A stretch of 63,016 nucleotides of DNA, the filler included, from Phoronis australis (taxonomy: Eukaryota > Animalia > Phoronida): assembly GCA_002633005.1 (NCBI GenBank). It is 9 parts of 9 records of this genome, joined end to end, with 100 filler letters (N's around TTAATTAATTAA, not from the genome) between each part and the next. Parts side by side here need not be neighbours in the genome. Positions count along the whole stretch, not along the records: positions 50,067 to 52,807 come from NMRA01001719.1; positions 52,908 to 56,629 come from NMRA01002870.1; positions 56,730 to 63,016 come from NMRA01002183.1; 6 more parts are not named here. One strand, 5' to 3'. The notes under the pieces are model-generated. The model was not told the DNA's origin. It saw only the letters and a list, made by a program, of their open reading frames with translations, and did no database searches. Position numbers and translations under genes: made by a program. This document shows, one piece after another, positions 51,225 to 63,016 of the stretch. The first letter of the stretch is position 1. The number at the start of each line of letters is the position of its first letter.

Positions 51225-52807
51225 CTGTAGAAAAACAAACATTGATGATTTAATCATTGGCCGAGTTCGTCTGAAAATCAGCAAATGGATTTCAGTAGCA
51301 CACCCTTACACGTTGGCACAGAAAAGAATCACAGCGTAACCATGAGGACTATGATTTTTCATTGGCTCTACTAATGAAGTAACAGCCGGAAGTTCTAGTT
51401 CAACTGGTTGTTACGGAATACCATTTCGGGTCACAATGTGTTACTATGGTGTAATCCCGTCACTTTTACTACAACAGCATTAAATACAGTGATTTATTCC
51501 AAATTAAAACTTTAACTGAAGACGATAGGAAATGCATTTTAGCACTTCACTCCATCATTTGATTTAGACAGAGTGGTTCCAAATTGAAAACTGCGAGTTG
51601 TCCTCGTACAGTGCCCACCCTACATTTGGAACTGTACAAAGATCCGGTAACACTTGTGAGGAACAAAATAGGACACCATCTTATCAAATCTACGTGCAAA
51701 AGCAATGCCAAGTAACCACTTATGGTTTACGAAAACTGGTTCTCTTTTCATGAATATTTAAAGCGTTTTTTGAAGAACTACTTTTCAGCGGTCTCATGAA
51801 ATGCCGTTGATTCCATGTTGTTTGGCAGTAATTCTTGACGAGATGGCACACAGTCGAATTGGACTGAGCTCCGTAGACTAAAGAATCTTGCGAATGAATA
51901 TAGTGTGACCACTCGCTTTGGTTCTAATAAAACTGCGATATTTCCCGATTTTTTTCGTAATTTTACTTTTTCGCGAGGTTCTTACGTTCACGGAACGCAC
52001 GATTACGCAGTCTCGCCAAATTAGTCCATTCGTTGTTAACAAACCAGTGAGGCAGTTTTTGATCAGTCCAGTTCACATGAAAAACATCTCTGTATAAAAG
52101 TTTAAAAAATTACTTTTGTTACCACAGTTGAGGATAAAATCGTATTTTGATATGTTAATGAAACAGTTTTGCAATTTTTTTCGATCTTGTACATTGCAGA
52201 AATTGAGGGATGGTTGTGATAACAACATTAAATGCAAGGTTTGGAACACTGCTAAACAACCAACCCAAATGGACTCTATTCGACGAGCTTGACGATTCCG
52301 GCATTTTCGGATTTGAGTAATAGCGGAGTTGCAACGCCGCCATATTGGAAATGGGTCAGAATGTTGCATTGTGGTTAAGCCGGTAAACAAGTACGTCGGC
52401 AAGCGTGGGGGCGAACCGGTCACAGGGAGGTTATACGTGTTGTGTGCCTGGCATGCTATAATACCAGTTAGCGAAATAAAAAAATTAGTTACTACCTGTT
52501 TCCCAAGGATCAAGAACTGCGTTAAACATGGGTCAGAGACATCGGTAGAGCTGGTAGCAAAGGCCGACTTCGTGAATTCTTTCCGACTTCGTAGCATAAA
52601 GTGTGCAGCGCTCATTTTGAGGGCGGCAAGAAAACGTATCTTAGAAACTGCCCAACAATATCTCCCTTCAAAGAAACAGTAACAAATACTCCACGGCGGT
52701 TGGTAGTGAAAAAAAAAACTTGTTTTCGCTTGACCAGAACCAAGCCAACATGAGCAATTTTGAGGATAATGCCTCTGCACAATCACCTGTTCTGGGTCGA
52801 CTCACTT

Positions 52808-52907
52808 NNNNNNNNNNNNNNNNNNNNNNNNNNNNNNNNNNNNNNNNNNNNTTAATTAATTAANNNNNNNNNNNNNNNNNNNNNNNNNNNNNNNNNNNNN
52901 NNNNNNN
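52808..52907. other. Artificial contig linker
   Basis: Same N44-TTAATTAATTAA-N44 structure. Confidence 0.98.
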
Positions 52908-54302
52908 CTGACAACTTTCTTTTTTGGAGGCATTCTGAAAATATAAAAAGACATGTAAGAAAATTAACATACCAATGTACACTGTTATAATATATTTGTT
53001 GTACACCAAACGATTCAGACTGCCTTGTCCTGTAACTACTATTAAACACTCACTACAAACCCTAAAACTAAAGTTTGAATTTTTTTACACTGATGTGCAA
53101 CACAGTGAAAAACATTCTACTTAGATGAGCAACACATAACAAAAAAGTATACTTTTTATGAGGCGTCTTGTGTTCACAAAATGCATTGATTTATTATTTT
53201 TCAAAAAATTGAACAGTTTTTCCTTTCCTTGATAAGTGTACTTCAAGAACTTGAAAACTAAAAATGTAAAATTCTCCAGTTGTGGACACAGCATCATGTC
53301 AGGGCCAGTAGAATTTTGTTTTGTAAAATACCACATGAAGGTAAAGGAATCAATGTTTACTTTGTTGTACCCACTCAATGATTTTCCAAGCACCAGCAAC
53401 AAACTTAACTTGAAAGAATAACAACATCAGCAACTATTCTTGTCCCAAACTGAAGAATTTTTATAACGTGTTTGATTAGAAAATCATTACATGTTATTCA
53501 ATGAAAAAATCAACAAAAACACTACTGTCATATGGAATTGACAAACTGTGGTTTTATTTCATAAAAAACAGTAAAACATGGCAATATTGTGAAGAAAATC
53601 TAGCACAAATCACACTTAAACATTATCAAAGAATTCGAGTTTAGAGCCAATCAAATCTCTAAGATATGATCACATGACCAAAATTCGCCGGACCAAGATT
53701 ACCTATACTAAACCTTACAAAGTCATCGATTTCCAAAAAATACACATGAAAATGTATGGAACTTCATCCAAATTGATCAATTCCGCTCTTAATTTACACA
53801 AACTAGTCAATCTACCTAATTTAAGAGCAATTTTTAATCATAAACGGCAATGCTGATACACTGGTCCGTTATGGCTGGTTGGCGAGAATGCCTGCCTCGG
53901 GTCCTAACTTTCACGGAGTTAGCAGATCATGATACGGTGAATTGATTGAAATGAAATTTGGTGAGCAGTTGCAAGAGATATAAAAAAAGAATAAAGAACA
54001 CATTTCATAAGAAAAATAACTTACCTTTCAAAATACAAGAAGTCAAACAGGAGCGAAAAATTCCCCAACTTCTCACCATGGCATGCTTTGACAAGAATGA
54101 AAATTCAACAAAGAAAATGACGTATGCCCAGAAGAATTTACGGTAATAATGTGGTTCACCATTTTCTTGGTTTCTGGAGGAGAGAGAGTGGAAATACTAT
54201 AGCCACCGTGAAACAATGGCTGTCTAATCGATAATCGCCATTACGCAACATCTGGGAAAAGCCAATCAGCGTTGAGATAAGACTTTGTCACGTCCCTAGA
54301 CT

Positions 54303-54518
54303 AAATGATGACTTCAAGCGATAAGCTTACGCCAGTAACCCGTGTTGTGAACTGCTGAACAGACTGCGTGTGAAAACGATGACGTCATTGGATAATTTCA
54401 ACACCTCTGTCTGCCGTTAGTTGTTAGGTAACGCAACCGTATGTGTCGTTATGGAGTAGAACTATTCGATCTAAATTGATACAAATTAGGTTGGTTTTTG
54501 GGTGGCATGCTCCTTTAA
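54303..54518 (+). mobile_element. Dispersed repeat, Kolobok-like transposon end (...cct|ttaa)
   Basis: Homologous to 26178-26388; the reverse complement begins ttaa-aggagcatgccacccaaaaa, fitting a TTAA target site with an RR terminus. Confidence 0.7.
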
Positions 54519-55071
54519 AACAACATCGACAATACAGCTCCATGGAATAGTACAGGCATCGTTTTAAAACCCTTATTACGCGTAATGCAAAGTTTTCCAA
54601 TCAGATCACCGAAAACTTGTTTAGCATACCTGCCGTCAGAATGATCCAGTCACTCAGTGAATGACTGATTCACTCGGTCAGTTCTGCCCAAAATTCGTAA
54701 ATAACAGTCTTTACCTGAAGATAGTCTTTGGCCAGAAATACCACCATGCGATGTTTCATTTGCAATCACTGTAACCAAGATGACGGGAGTTGCGTCACCA
54801 CACAAAAATCAGGAAACGATTTTTTTCTGGTACAAAAAACGTCGCAGCTGTGAACACAAGCGCAATCAGTGAACAACACATGAGTTTCGATGAATGAATG
54901 ACTTCAAAAAGGAACAAATGATCATCGTGGAATGACCAGCACAATTTTAACGAATCAGATTGAAGAAATTGCCAGGCACATTTCGACGACTCTTTATCTC
55001 TTTTTCCCAAACGAGGTTTTGCGGAAATACATTCAAAGCCCGGGAAATCTTGCTCAGTCAAGTTCTTGCCG

Positions 55072-55154
55072 ATGGCTGCGTCAACTTCAAAAGGCGGTGA
55101 AAATTCAATTTTTCAGGAAGGAGCGATAACCCGAATTAAAGTGGAAAACATCCA
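55072..55154 (+). CDS. SMC5: SMC5-like protein, exon 1
   Basis: ATG 55072; MAASTSKGGENSIFQEGAITRIKVENI(Q) matches the SMC5 N-terminus F.EGSIVRI..ENF; ca|gtatat donor is phase 2 and compatible with the next exon. Confidence 0.8.
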
Positions 55155-55693
55155 GTATATATTTTGAATATTTTTTCTTCAAATATTGCAAAGTTTAACA
55201 CTTCATCATGCTTTTATTATCAGGGCTAGCTGTTGTGTTGTTTGTATACGTGGTGGCTTACACATGTTTTTGATGCAGTAATAAAGTTGACGCTTTAAAC
55301 AGCCACCGTAAAGTGGCTATTAATAGCCGTATGTCACCTGGCATGCGTCCTGTAAGGCCCTTTCATACTGACTTAACTCTGGTTTGAGCGCAGCGTCCTA
55401 TTTTGTGTAAATTTATTTGAGTTTTGTGTTATGGACGGCTGAAGTGAAGCATCCGTGGAATTTCCTTGTGCCGAGTGTCATACCTTAACTAAGTCCTTAT
55501 AGTGTATTGGGGACAATCAGAAGCGGGCATCGAAGTGAACAGTAGCTGACGCTGTTGTCATCGAAATAATTGTATGGTAGCGCTGATGCATCGCCTGTAC
55601 GTGTCACCTGACTTGGGCTCAACTGTAGCTATGATAACATGGACCCAAGTTTGGTGACGTATGAGCCTCTTAGCTAATCGCTAACGGGCAATT

Positions 55694-55765
55694 GCCTATT
55701 TGCTGAATGGTTAGCACGCTTGCCGGTTTTATGGGGGTCGCTGGTTCGATTCCCGGGTACGTCGG
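55694..55765 (+). mobile_element. tRNA-derived SINE-like head or tRNA pseudogene in SMC5 intron 1
   Basis: A box gctgaatggttagc and B box ggttcgattccc; acceptor stem poorly paired. Confidence 0.55.
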
Positions 55766-56052
55766 GTAATCTTGGCTGTTACTACACAAGTACAAAAATC
55801 CCCAAAGCCCACATGCTTGCGTTTTCTAACAATAATCACGGGCTTCCGATTTTTTTCGGGGACACTGACATCGATTATAGTTAAAAACTGCTAGGACACA
55901 TAGCTTAGGTTTTTTTGAACCCGGATTAAAGTTCATATTTGTTTTGATGCTTGAAATGTTAAAATTCTGTCTAATTTGAATTACAGCGGTCCTATTTGGG
56001 AAACTTGGGTCCATCAAGTTTGGGCAAGTGACAAACCTAATTTTCTTTTCAG

Positions 56053-56244
56053 GACTTACGATTCTGTGGAATTCAGACCTGGCCCACATCTCAATGTATT
56101 GATTGGACCTAATGGAACGGGAAAGTCAACCATCATTTGTGCCATCTGCTTAGGTTTGAATGGGAAGCCATCTCTTGTAAATAAGTCGTCAGTGACATCT
56201 GTTGTTAAACATGGCAAGAAACAAGGAATTATTGAGCTGGAGCT
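56053..56244 (+). CDS. SMC5: SMC5-like protein, exon 2 (Walker A)
   Basis: ttttcttttcag| acceptor and ct|gtgagt donor; TYDSVEFRPGPHLNVLIGPNGTGKSTIICAICLGLNGKP...VKHGKKQGIIELEL. Confidence 0.92.
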
Positions 56245-56629
56245 GTGAGTATCTACTCAAAATTGTCTTTTTTGCAGCTTTGTCTTGATTTGCAAGAGCT
56301 CTAACACCACTGTTGCTTAATCGAAGTTCTTAGATATGGTTTCGGTGGAGGGCCTCATTTGATTTGTGTTATTTTGTGTTGCATTGCCAAATTGCGTTTC
56401 CTTGAAATATTTCCCTGATATTGTCCTTGTATCGTTTATGTAGCAATACTTAGGATTGCTGTGGACCTGGTTTCCGTCAAAAACATCTCTTGATTACGTT
56501 AATAAAAACAACGACGGACTTAAACCGGCTTTACGTTTCAGCGTTGATTGAAACACCATCATCAGAAGAAAAAACAGTGGCCACCTTGCTAGGCCCAAGA
56601 ACAAGTAATTATACACAGACACAATCAGT

Positions 56630-56729
56630 NNNNNNNNNNNNNNNNNNNNNNNNNNNNNNNNNNNNNNNNNNNNTTAATTAATTAANNNNNNNNNNNNNNN
56701 NNNNNNNNNNNNNNNNNNNNNNNNNNNNN
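56630..56729. other. Artificial contig linker
   Basis: Same N44-TTAATTAATTAA-N44 structure. Confidence 0.98.
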
Positions 56730-58694
56730 GTAATCTTGTAACACAGGCGCTTGAGTTTAGTTCCTCGGTTGCAAATGACGTTGACTCGATAGGCTCAGAA
56801 ATTCGAGCGCCTGTGTCTTCTAACATATGGCATGGAAAGTAATTCCAAGAACCCATTTCTACGTTTGGTATATTTTTTCTGAAATTTTCTTAGTTGGACT
56901 ATTTTTGAGCGGACTCACGAAATGTTGATCAGTCCCACGACTTGTTCATCAGCTCCAAATGAGCTTCCTTGTAGACGAGTCGGTCTTGCTGTGCGTGAAC
57001 TAGGAATCCTGCTTAATCTCAAGATCGCGTATGCGTGAACTTGGAATTGAACATATATTTGGGCAATCAGGTGAATTTTTTTGTTCAGTGTAAAGAATTT
57101 TTGTTGTTATTGGACTTATGGTCACTCATTTTCTCCTTTACCGTAACTTGTGTCAAAGAATCGGGAATTTGTGATTGTGTAACGGGAATCGGTGGAGCAC
57201 CGATCTACGTAATTTCTAAATTGTTGACTGTTCGTAGCTAGCCGATAAAATATTTGCGGCGTTGTGTACTTTTTCACTCGTTCGAATCGCATACGAGAGA
57301 ACCATGGTGACAACTTATAGAGAGTGAAACAAGAGAGAAGACATATATAATGAGTTTATTATGCGCTAAATAGTAAAATACAACACAAACTTACCGTGAA
57401 CATATCGCTAACTTCCGTCGACAACGCAGCTTTGACTTATACTGAACCCAAAGAATTTATAAACAAGAAGAACTCGCTGAAAAATGTCAAAGTCCAAATG
57501 TAAAAAGGCCCAAACAGTTAGCTTGTTTGGTTGGGATTCCTTGCGGATAGATTCGAGACGCGGCAGAATCTCGGAAGTTTTAGCGTGAGGGGCACATTTT
57601 TCTAGGCTTATTCGCACCGCGAATGTTCCAAATTACGCTAAAATAGGGGTCTCAAGATAAATGTAAAAACCAATCAAAATAGAACTAAAAATTTCGTCAT
57701 CGCAAGTCCCATATAAGGAATTGACCATCTTACACCCCTTTAAATAAATAAACACACTCTAGCTTCTGGAACTAAACTGACGACTCGTCTTCACTCACGA
57801 CTCCATCAATAGACGGCGCTCCCGTCACAATTGGTTGCAACAAATTATTGATTGGTGACTAAGATCGCCAATAGTTGAAAAAAGATTAGTTGAATTTACA
57901 TTATCTTATTAACATATAATTTGGTTTAGTGCAGTGCAATTTTTTATCAACGTGAACGTGATTATTTGAGTGACCTTTTCTGGTTTCCTCATGTATTCCA
58001 AGTTCACGAATACGCGATCTTGAGATTAAGCAAGATTCCGAGTTCACGTGTAGTCTTTCATTGTGACTAGCCGGAGCCCCACCTAGTGTAAAGAAAATGC
58101 GCGGGCACATGGTCAGCTTGTGACTGATACAAAGGTCGATAGGGTCGATATTATGGCTGGCAATTTTATTAAGGTGGTATATCGATTGATTGTTTTTTAA
58201 GTTAAGAAACATCCAGTAATAGTCGGACTTGACGGTCACTGGCGATCCCATGAGAGCTTATATTTCGATCTACCCTGACGACTGTATGCAGGCCTACTGA
58301 TACTACAGCCGATCAAGCATCGATCTGGTTACAATACATATTCAAGTAGGATGTACACTATTAGTAGGCCTACTAGACGAATGTTGTAACATCGAAATAA
58401 GCTCCCTTCTGATCCATTTTGCTTTTACTTTTAGTGATCTTTAATGTTTCAGGGACGAATATCAGCTGCCTACCCTGATTTACTTGAAACATAAGTTGTA
58501 ATTTCAGATTGGCGAAAACCGCCTGAGTAAGTTTTGCAGTTTGCCACTGATGAATGACATAGATTCCCTGGCTTTATATTAACTTGCTTTAAAATTCACT
58601 GATTTACCATCAAATTCTTTTGGCAAATTGTCTACTGTTAAGCAGAGAAGGTGGCCATCCCATTGCGTTTTCATATTCCGGAAGCTTATCAATG

Positions 58695-58873
58695 AATTGA
58701 CCTCTCGCAAGCTCCGCCCCCTTGCGTATTGTCGACTAACAAACAATAAGTTTTACCCGGCAAGACGTTGTTTGTCGGGTAAAATGGCGGCTTGGAAATG
58801 AAGGTGTGTCGAAAATGCTGCGTTCTAAATGGTCAGTTAAGCCGTCACTCAAAATCCTGTTGATAGGTCAATT
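58695..58873. mobile_element. Small MITE-like element with AATTGACCT...AGGTCAATT termini
   Basis: 9-bp terminal inverted repeat; the first 26 bp match 27586-27611 (1 mismatch); internal hairpin ttttacccggcaa..ttgtcgggtaaaa. Confidence 0.6.
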
Positions 58874-60296
58874 ATTGCCTCACAGTGATTAAACCATCAA
58901 ACTGGGGTTACTATAAGTACCTTTCACACGTAGAGGGACACCTTAGGAGGCTGTCGGTGTCTTTTCTAACTTGAACAATTACTCCCATATTTGAACTTCT
59001 TTCATTCAGTTGCCTAAATCGACAGCTGATCATTTTTACACCGCGGGTATCGGGGTATGTTGTACGTATTAATAATAACATTGTTTGTGGCCAAAATATA
59101 AGTACGAACTTCAAAAGCAGCACATATGTAAACAACGGCACATTGATCGACATTTCGATTTATTGTCTGTAAACCATTCTCAAGACAAAAGTTGACAATA
59201 GTCTAGTCAATTGACACAAGCAGGTGGAGAAACAGACATCGATCAATATGTCGTTTGTGAAGTTCTTTAGGCTGTCAAGTGGCGCCACCTTGTATTTCCT
59301 CTCGTTAGTGTTGCAATGTAAGTCACGTTATTGGGACCTCGCTGCCTTTATTGATGTTGTTTCACTTCTATTGACTGGAACTATTATAAATCACTTTATT
59401 GTTTACATATCCACTGATTTTAAAGTATGTTGTAAGTGTGGCGTAGAATTTCCGTTGACAGCTGGTTTGCTACCAGAGACTCATAAAGTTGCAGTTGAGA
59501 GGTCAAGAACTTGGTTTATTTCAACGCACCTTTTAAGGGTGAAATATTTAAAAAATAATGACATCTAACACAATTACTAACGTGTTTATGAGCCAGATAT
59601 GCAAACCCAGCTCTCAATGCATTGATAATCATCAGGTTGTAATTTGCGACCAATCCAAAATCCCAGGTTGCATTTTCAAAATTCACCTCACATTCATAAA
59701 TTCCAGCTCCCGAAAATTTTCTGGCATTTTTACGCACTGAAGTTGATTTTTAAGTCATCGAATAAATATTTAGGTTATGCTCTTACCTGCAACATTAAAT
59801 GAATCTTAAATTTCAAGTCGTAGAATTGGGTTCTTACGTGCATGCACAGCATTAGACTTACTGTTCTTCTGTTTGCCAAGTATCTGCCGACAAGTATAAA
59901 ACTGGGCTCGCCTACGTTGCAAATTCCAAATCGCATGTTGCAACTTGATATGAGCTGGCTAAAATCTCGGTTCACTTATGTAAAGCGCTGAAATCAGCCT
60001 TACAAGTGCCCTGTGGTAGCTTTTCTGCCCATAAGGGTTATTTGTAGTCTTCGCAGGTTACAGTTAAGTAATGACCTTGACAAGTTCAACTGTAAAATAC
60101 AAACAAAAAGTGTGCTTTTCAAGTTTTGTTCATGTTATTATGTTAGTATGGTATCATAAAATTTGTATTGCACATTGACAAATATCTAGCAGGCAATTGG
60201 ACATGATCGCGTATGCCAGTTTTGTGGCAGAAACCTTAACAATGACATCATCAAGCCCCTGCAATACTTAACATTCAGAAGGGATTTTCCTTGCAG

Positions 60297-60403
60297 ATCG
60301 ACGAGGATTATGAGGGGTATAGCTTAGGTGTATTGAGTGTACCAAAGCATTACGAAGATGATCTTGAGTGCATCCTCATTCCAAAGGGCCTTATATTAGA
60401 CAG
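60297..60403 (+). CDS. HPRT1: Hypoxanthine-guanine phosphoribosyltransferase, exon 2
   Basis: tttccttgcag| acceptor and ag|gtgagt donor; 107 bp; IDEDYEGYSLGVLSVPKHYEDDLECILIPKGLILDR aligns without gaps to vertebrate [36 protein letters not shown] (PRTFDC1 is a close paralog). Confidence 0.92.
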
Positions 60404-60921
60404 GTGAGTGAAAGGTGAAAGCACTAGAATTGGGGTTACTACATTCTTGTAGTTTGGCCTCATAGCAAACACTAGAGTCGGTGCATCTACATGCCTCAAG
60501 TTGTATCAGTCTGTTTCTTTATTGCCACCACAAGAGAGATCCAAGTTGTGTCACTGTTTACCAGATGCAATATGGTATATGTGAACTCTGCTTTTCAATT
60601 TCAAAATGGGATATTTTGGGATTGCTGAGATGATGTAAGTAATTCAGAGATTCTTTGGTTGTAATCTGTCCAGTGTTCTTGTCATGTTGTATTCTTTATG
60701 AACAAAATATTTCAAGTACTGTGAAGGCTTCCTGAAACTGCTTTGGTTTGAAGTGGTAATATGTTAACAGCATTTGTAAACGCTGTTGGTGTATTTACGT
60801 CAACCTCTATCCTACTTACATTCATGTACATCACTACGTGATTTCGTTTTGTAGACTCATTGTAGCCGTAGGCCTTCTTCAGGTTCTGCAGCATTCTTAG
60901 CAGAAAAAGTTTGGGTATCTG

Positions 60922-61356
60922 TGCCCGGTTACATGAAACAGTCCCAAATAGGGTATCAACTAAGTTCCCTAAATCTACTGCATATTTGCAGGCTTGTGAA
61001 AACACTGATTCTCCTATCTTATGCTGTTTGAGTATCATTACTATGCCAATTTTGGCTTTGATACAAATCGTGAGTGAACTCTACAATGAATGCTCAAAAT
61101 TATTGAATATAAGTAGGGATCTTTTCATGCAACGCCCCTAATTTAAGGACAAAGTCCCTGATTATTTTTATTGAATTTAGCTCTCAGTTTTTAGTTAATA
61201 TTATTAGAAAATGCTATTAGTCAAAGAAGAGCTCATAATAAAGACAAAATTATAGAAATATTACATCTGTGCCTAAAGAACGGAACAAATTTATACAAAT
61301 ATTTAGGGAACTCTATAGTTGAATCCGTATTTGTGACTGTTTCATTCAACCGGCCA
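60922..61356. mobile_element. MITE, same family as 44283-44639, inverted
   Basis: tgcccggttacatgaaacagtcccaa ... gactgtttcattcaaccggcca; internal sequence matches the reverse complement of 44283-44639. Confidence 0.9.
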
Positions 61357-62027
61357 CTAGGGCACTCAAGGTGGCAGGGTTCTGAACTTGGGGACTTTAT
61401 GTTGCCAGCCTCTCACAATATCCATAATACCACCAAGTTGTTAATAATCTGAGAATGTTCTAATACCTGAAGATGGCCAGAGAAATGACCAACAGACACA
61501 TTGTGCCACTATTTATGAGCTAAAAGTTGATGTAATTAGACCATTAGATTCTAGAAATGGAGTGTTGTGAAGACGTATCATGTAGTGGGTCTTACTTTAT
61601 TTATAGTGGTAGAGTTGGTCTCTAATTGACACCTCCATAACATACAGAAATATTTCACTAATTTCAGACAAAAATGAGTGGTTAAATTGACTTTTTTCAC
61701 TTTTCAAATGCTGACTAACATTTTTGTAAATGCCGACAGTCTCTCAAAGCATTGTTTGATTGCATATATAGTGTAGAACTTAATCGAGGATTTATGCAGT
61801 GCGTCTTATTATTTTGAAGTCATGACTTTTCACTTGTGTATCATACCGTACCCTGAGTTGATAAGATTTCGCTGTACTTTGCTCAAAGTTTGTCTCTCTG
61901 TTTCAACCACTGTGTTGTCAACATGCTATTTGATATCTAGAGTTAGTAACTCTATCTTTTTACCTGAATTATTTAAAATTTGTTCTCGTGCTCTAATCAT
62001 GAAGAGCTATCTCTTGATGAAAGGTCT

Positions 62028-62029
<2 letters not shown>

Positions 62030-62077
<48 letters not shown>
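62030..62077. repeat. (TAA)n microsatellite
   Basis: About 16 perfect units; source of the poly-Ile in ORF 61822..62088. Confidence 0.97.
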
Positions 62078-62078
<1 letters not shown>

Positions 62079-62487
62079 CTTTATTTAAGAGGATAAAAAT
62101 ACAATAAATGTAAAACATGCTTTAGCCAAAGGCTAATATCCAGCATGGTCCTGTTTTATGGTGACAGCACTTGATATTTACCTTGAAGGCCTGGTTTACA
62201 TGATAAAACTGCATCTACTGTTTATTTATCTGTGATTGTCAAGCTAATAATTCATAACCTGATGTCATAAACGTTTAAATATTGAGATACAGTTGTGATA
62301 GCCTCTGTTGATAAAAACTGTCGACTGGCGAGGACTGTGAACGTAATCTCTCTAGAACTATTAATACTTGTGTTCGGAACTTACAATATGCTATATAAGC
62401 AAAAGGTTTTTGCTATCCTTTTCAGACCCACGCAACACTAAGGCTCGAATGAGTGAACGGGCAAATCACAATCAAGGTCCATATTCG

Positions 62488-63016
62488 GTGGCCACTTTTG
62501 GTGAAAACTTTTGGTGAAAAATTAAGGTTGTCATATAACTGTAAAAGCTGGGTTATTTTAAAGTACCATCATTCCAGGTTTGTAATCTAAAATATTTGTG
62601 CACAAGAACCACCAAATAAAATTTTATGGCCTAATGCATCGCAGTTGCATAAAAGGGTCCGTACACTACAACCTGTGGCCACAGCCCACTTCTATCGTGC
62701 AAAAATTCATAAGGTAGCTGTTAATTTATTAAGTTCTTGATCAAACTGAAGAAGTATCACATACTAAAGTAAGAAAAGTTATTACTGTGCTGATCAAGTT
62801 GTTCTAGATGATGATATATTGCATGTCTTAACACAGTATAATGAGAACTTCTTCTCTTGCAATATGATTCTCACAAAAAGAAAATGACAGGTAACTACTT
62901 TTTTCAAAAACTTTATTGGTACTATTTGCCTAGTTTTCAACACATTCACCAGTTGGTCAAATTAGTTAAAGCAATGTTAGGCCCAGCCTTCAACTTGTAA
63001 ACAGTAAAAAATGGTA
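62488..63016 (+). mobile_element. Dispersed repeat family copy (homologous to 8860-9370), runs off the window end
   Basis: Same colinear blocks as 8860-9370. Confidence 0.9.

Noticed and set aside
52073-52786. 237-aa minus ORF and overlapping 117-aa plus ORF (52329-52682)
   Set aside because: No recognisable motif, non-ATG starts, composition typical of chance ORFs; cannot be supported without a search
54022-54160. Minus-strand first exon (aag|gtaagt) head-to-head with SMC5
   Set aside because: Only a donor motif and a short unrecognisable peptide; no downstream exon found
55694-55765. Functional tRNA gene (also 21739-21800)
   Set aside because: A and B boxes present but acceptor and anticodon stems do not pair convincingly; tRNAscan-SE would decide
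55976-56248. Bacterial SMC/RecN/SbcC or Wadjet-type defence ATPase
   Set aside because: The motif is eukaryotic SMC5-specific, bounded by splice sites, and has a phase-matched exon 1
61822-62088. ORF with a poly-Ile transmembrane-like tract
   Set aside because: Artefact of the (TAA)n microsatellite

Overview
This window is not prokaryotic DNA. It is nine assembly segments joined by eight identical artificial 100-bp linkers (N44-TTAATTAATTAA-N44). The content is intron-rich, AT-rich invertebrate (metazoan) genomic DNA. Reading across GT-AG splice sites recovers partial host genes that the ORF track largely misses: a secreted PAN/Apple-domain protein with a probable distal Cys-rich exon, a two-exon STELLO/DUF288-like glycosyltransferase, two exons of a complement C3/thioester-protein family gene, exons 1-2 of a divergent SMC5-like gene, and exon 2 of HPRT. 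The rest is mostly decayed transposable elements: several Ty3/Gypsy fragments (one with the Gmr1-type integrase-before-RT order), an L1/Tx1-type LINE RT, a YqaJ exonuclease pseudogene, a P2X7-ballast/KolX-like remnant, MITEs, tRNA-derived SINE-like heads and satellites. Two near-duplications at single-N joins look like haplotype assembly artefacts. I found no CRISPR array, operon or demonstrably new multi-gene system. The best leads are the STELLO-like protein with an apparently dead N-terminal active site, the SMC5-like head lacking its arginine finger, and a ~150/450-bp satellite carrying CTCF-like motifs. All family assignments come from recalled motifs, not database searches.
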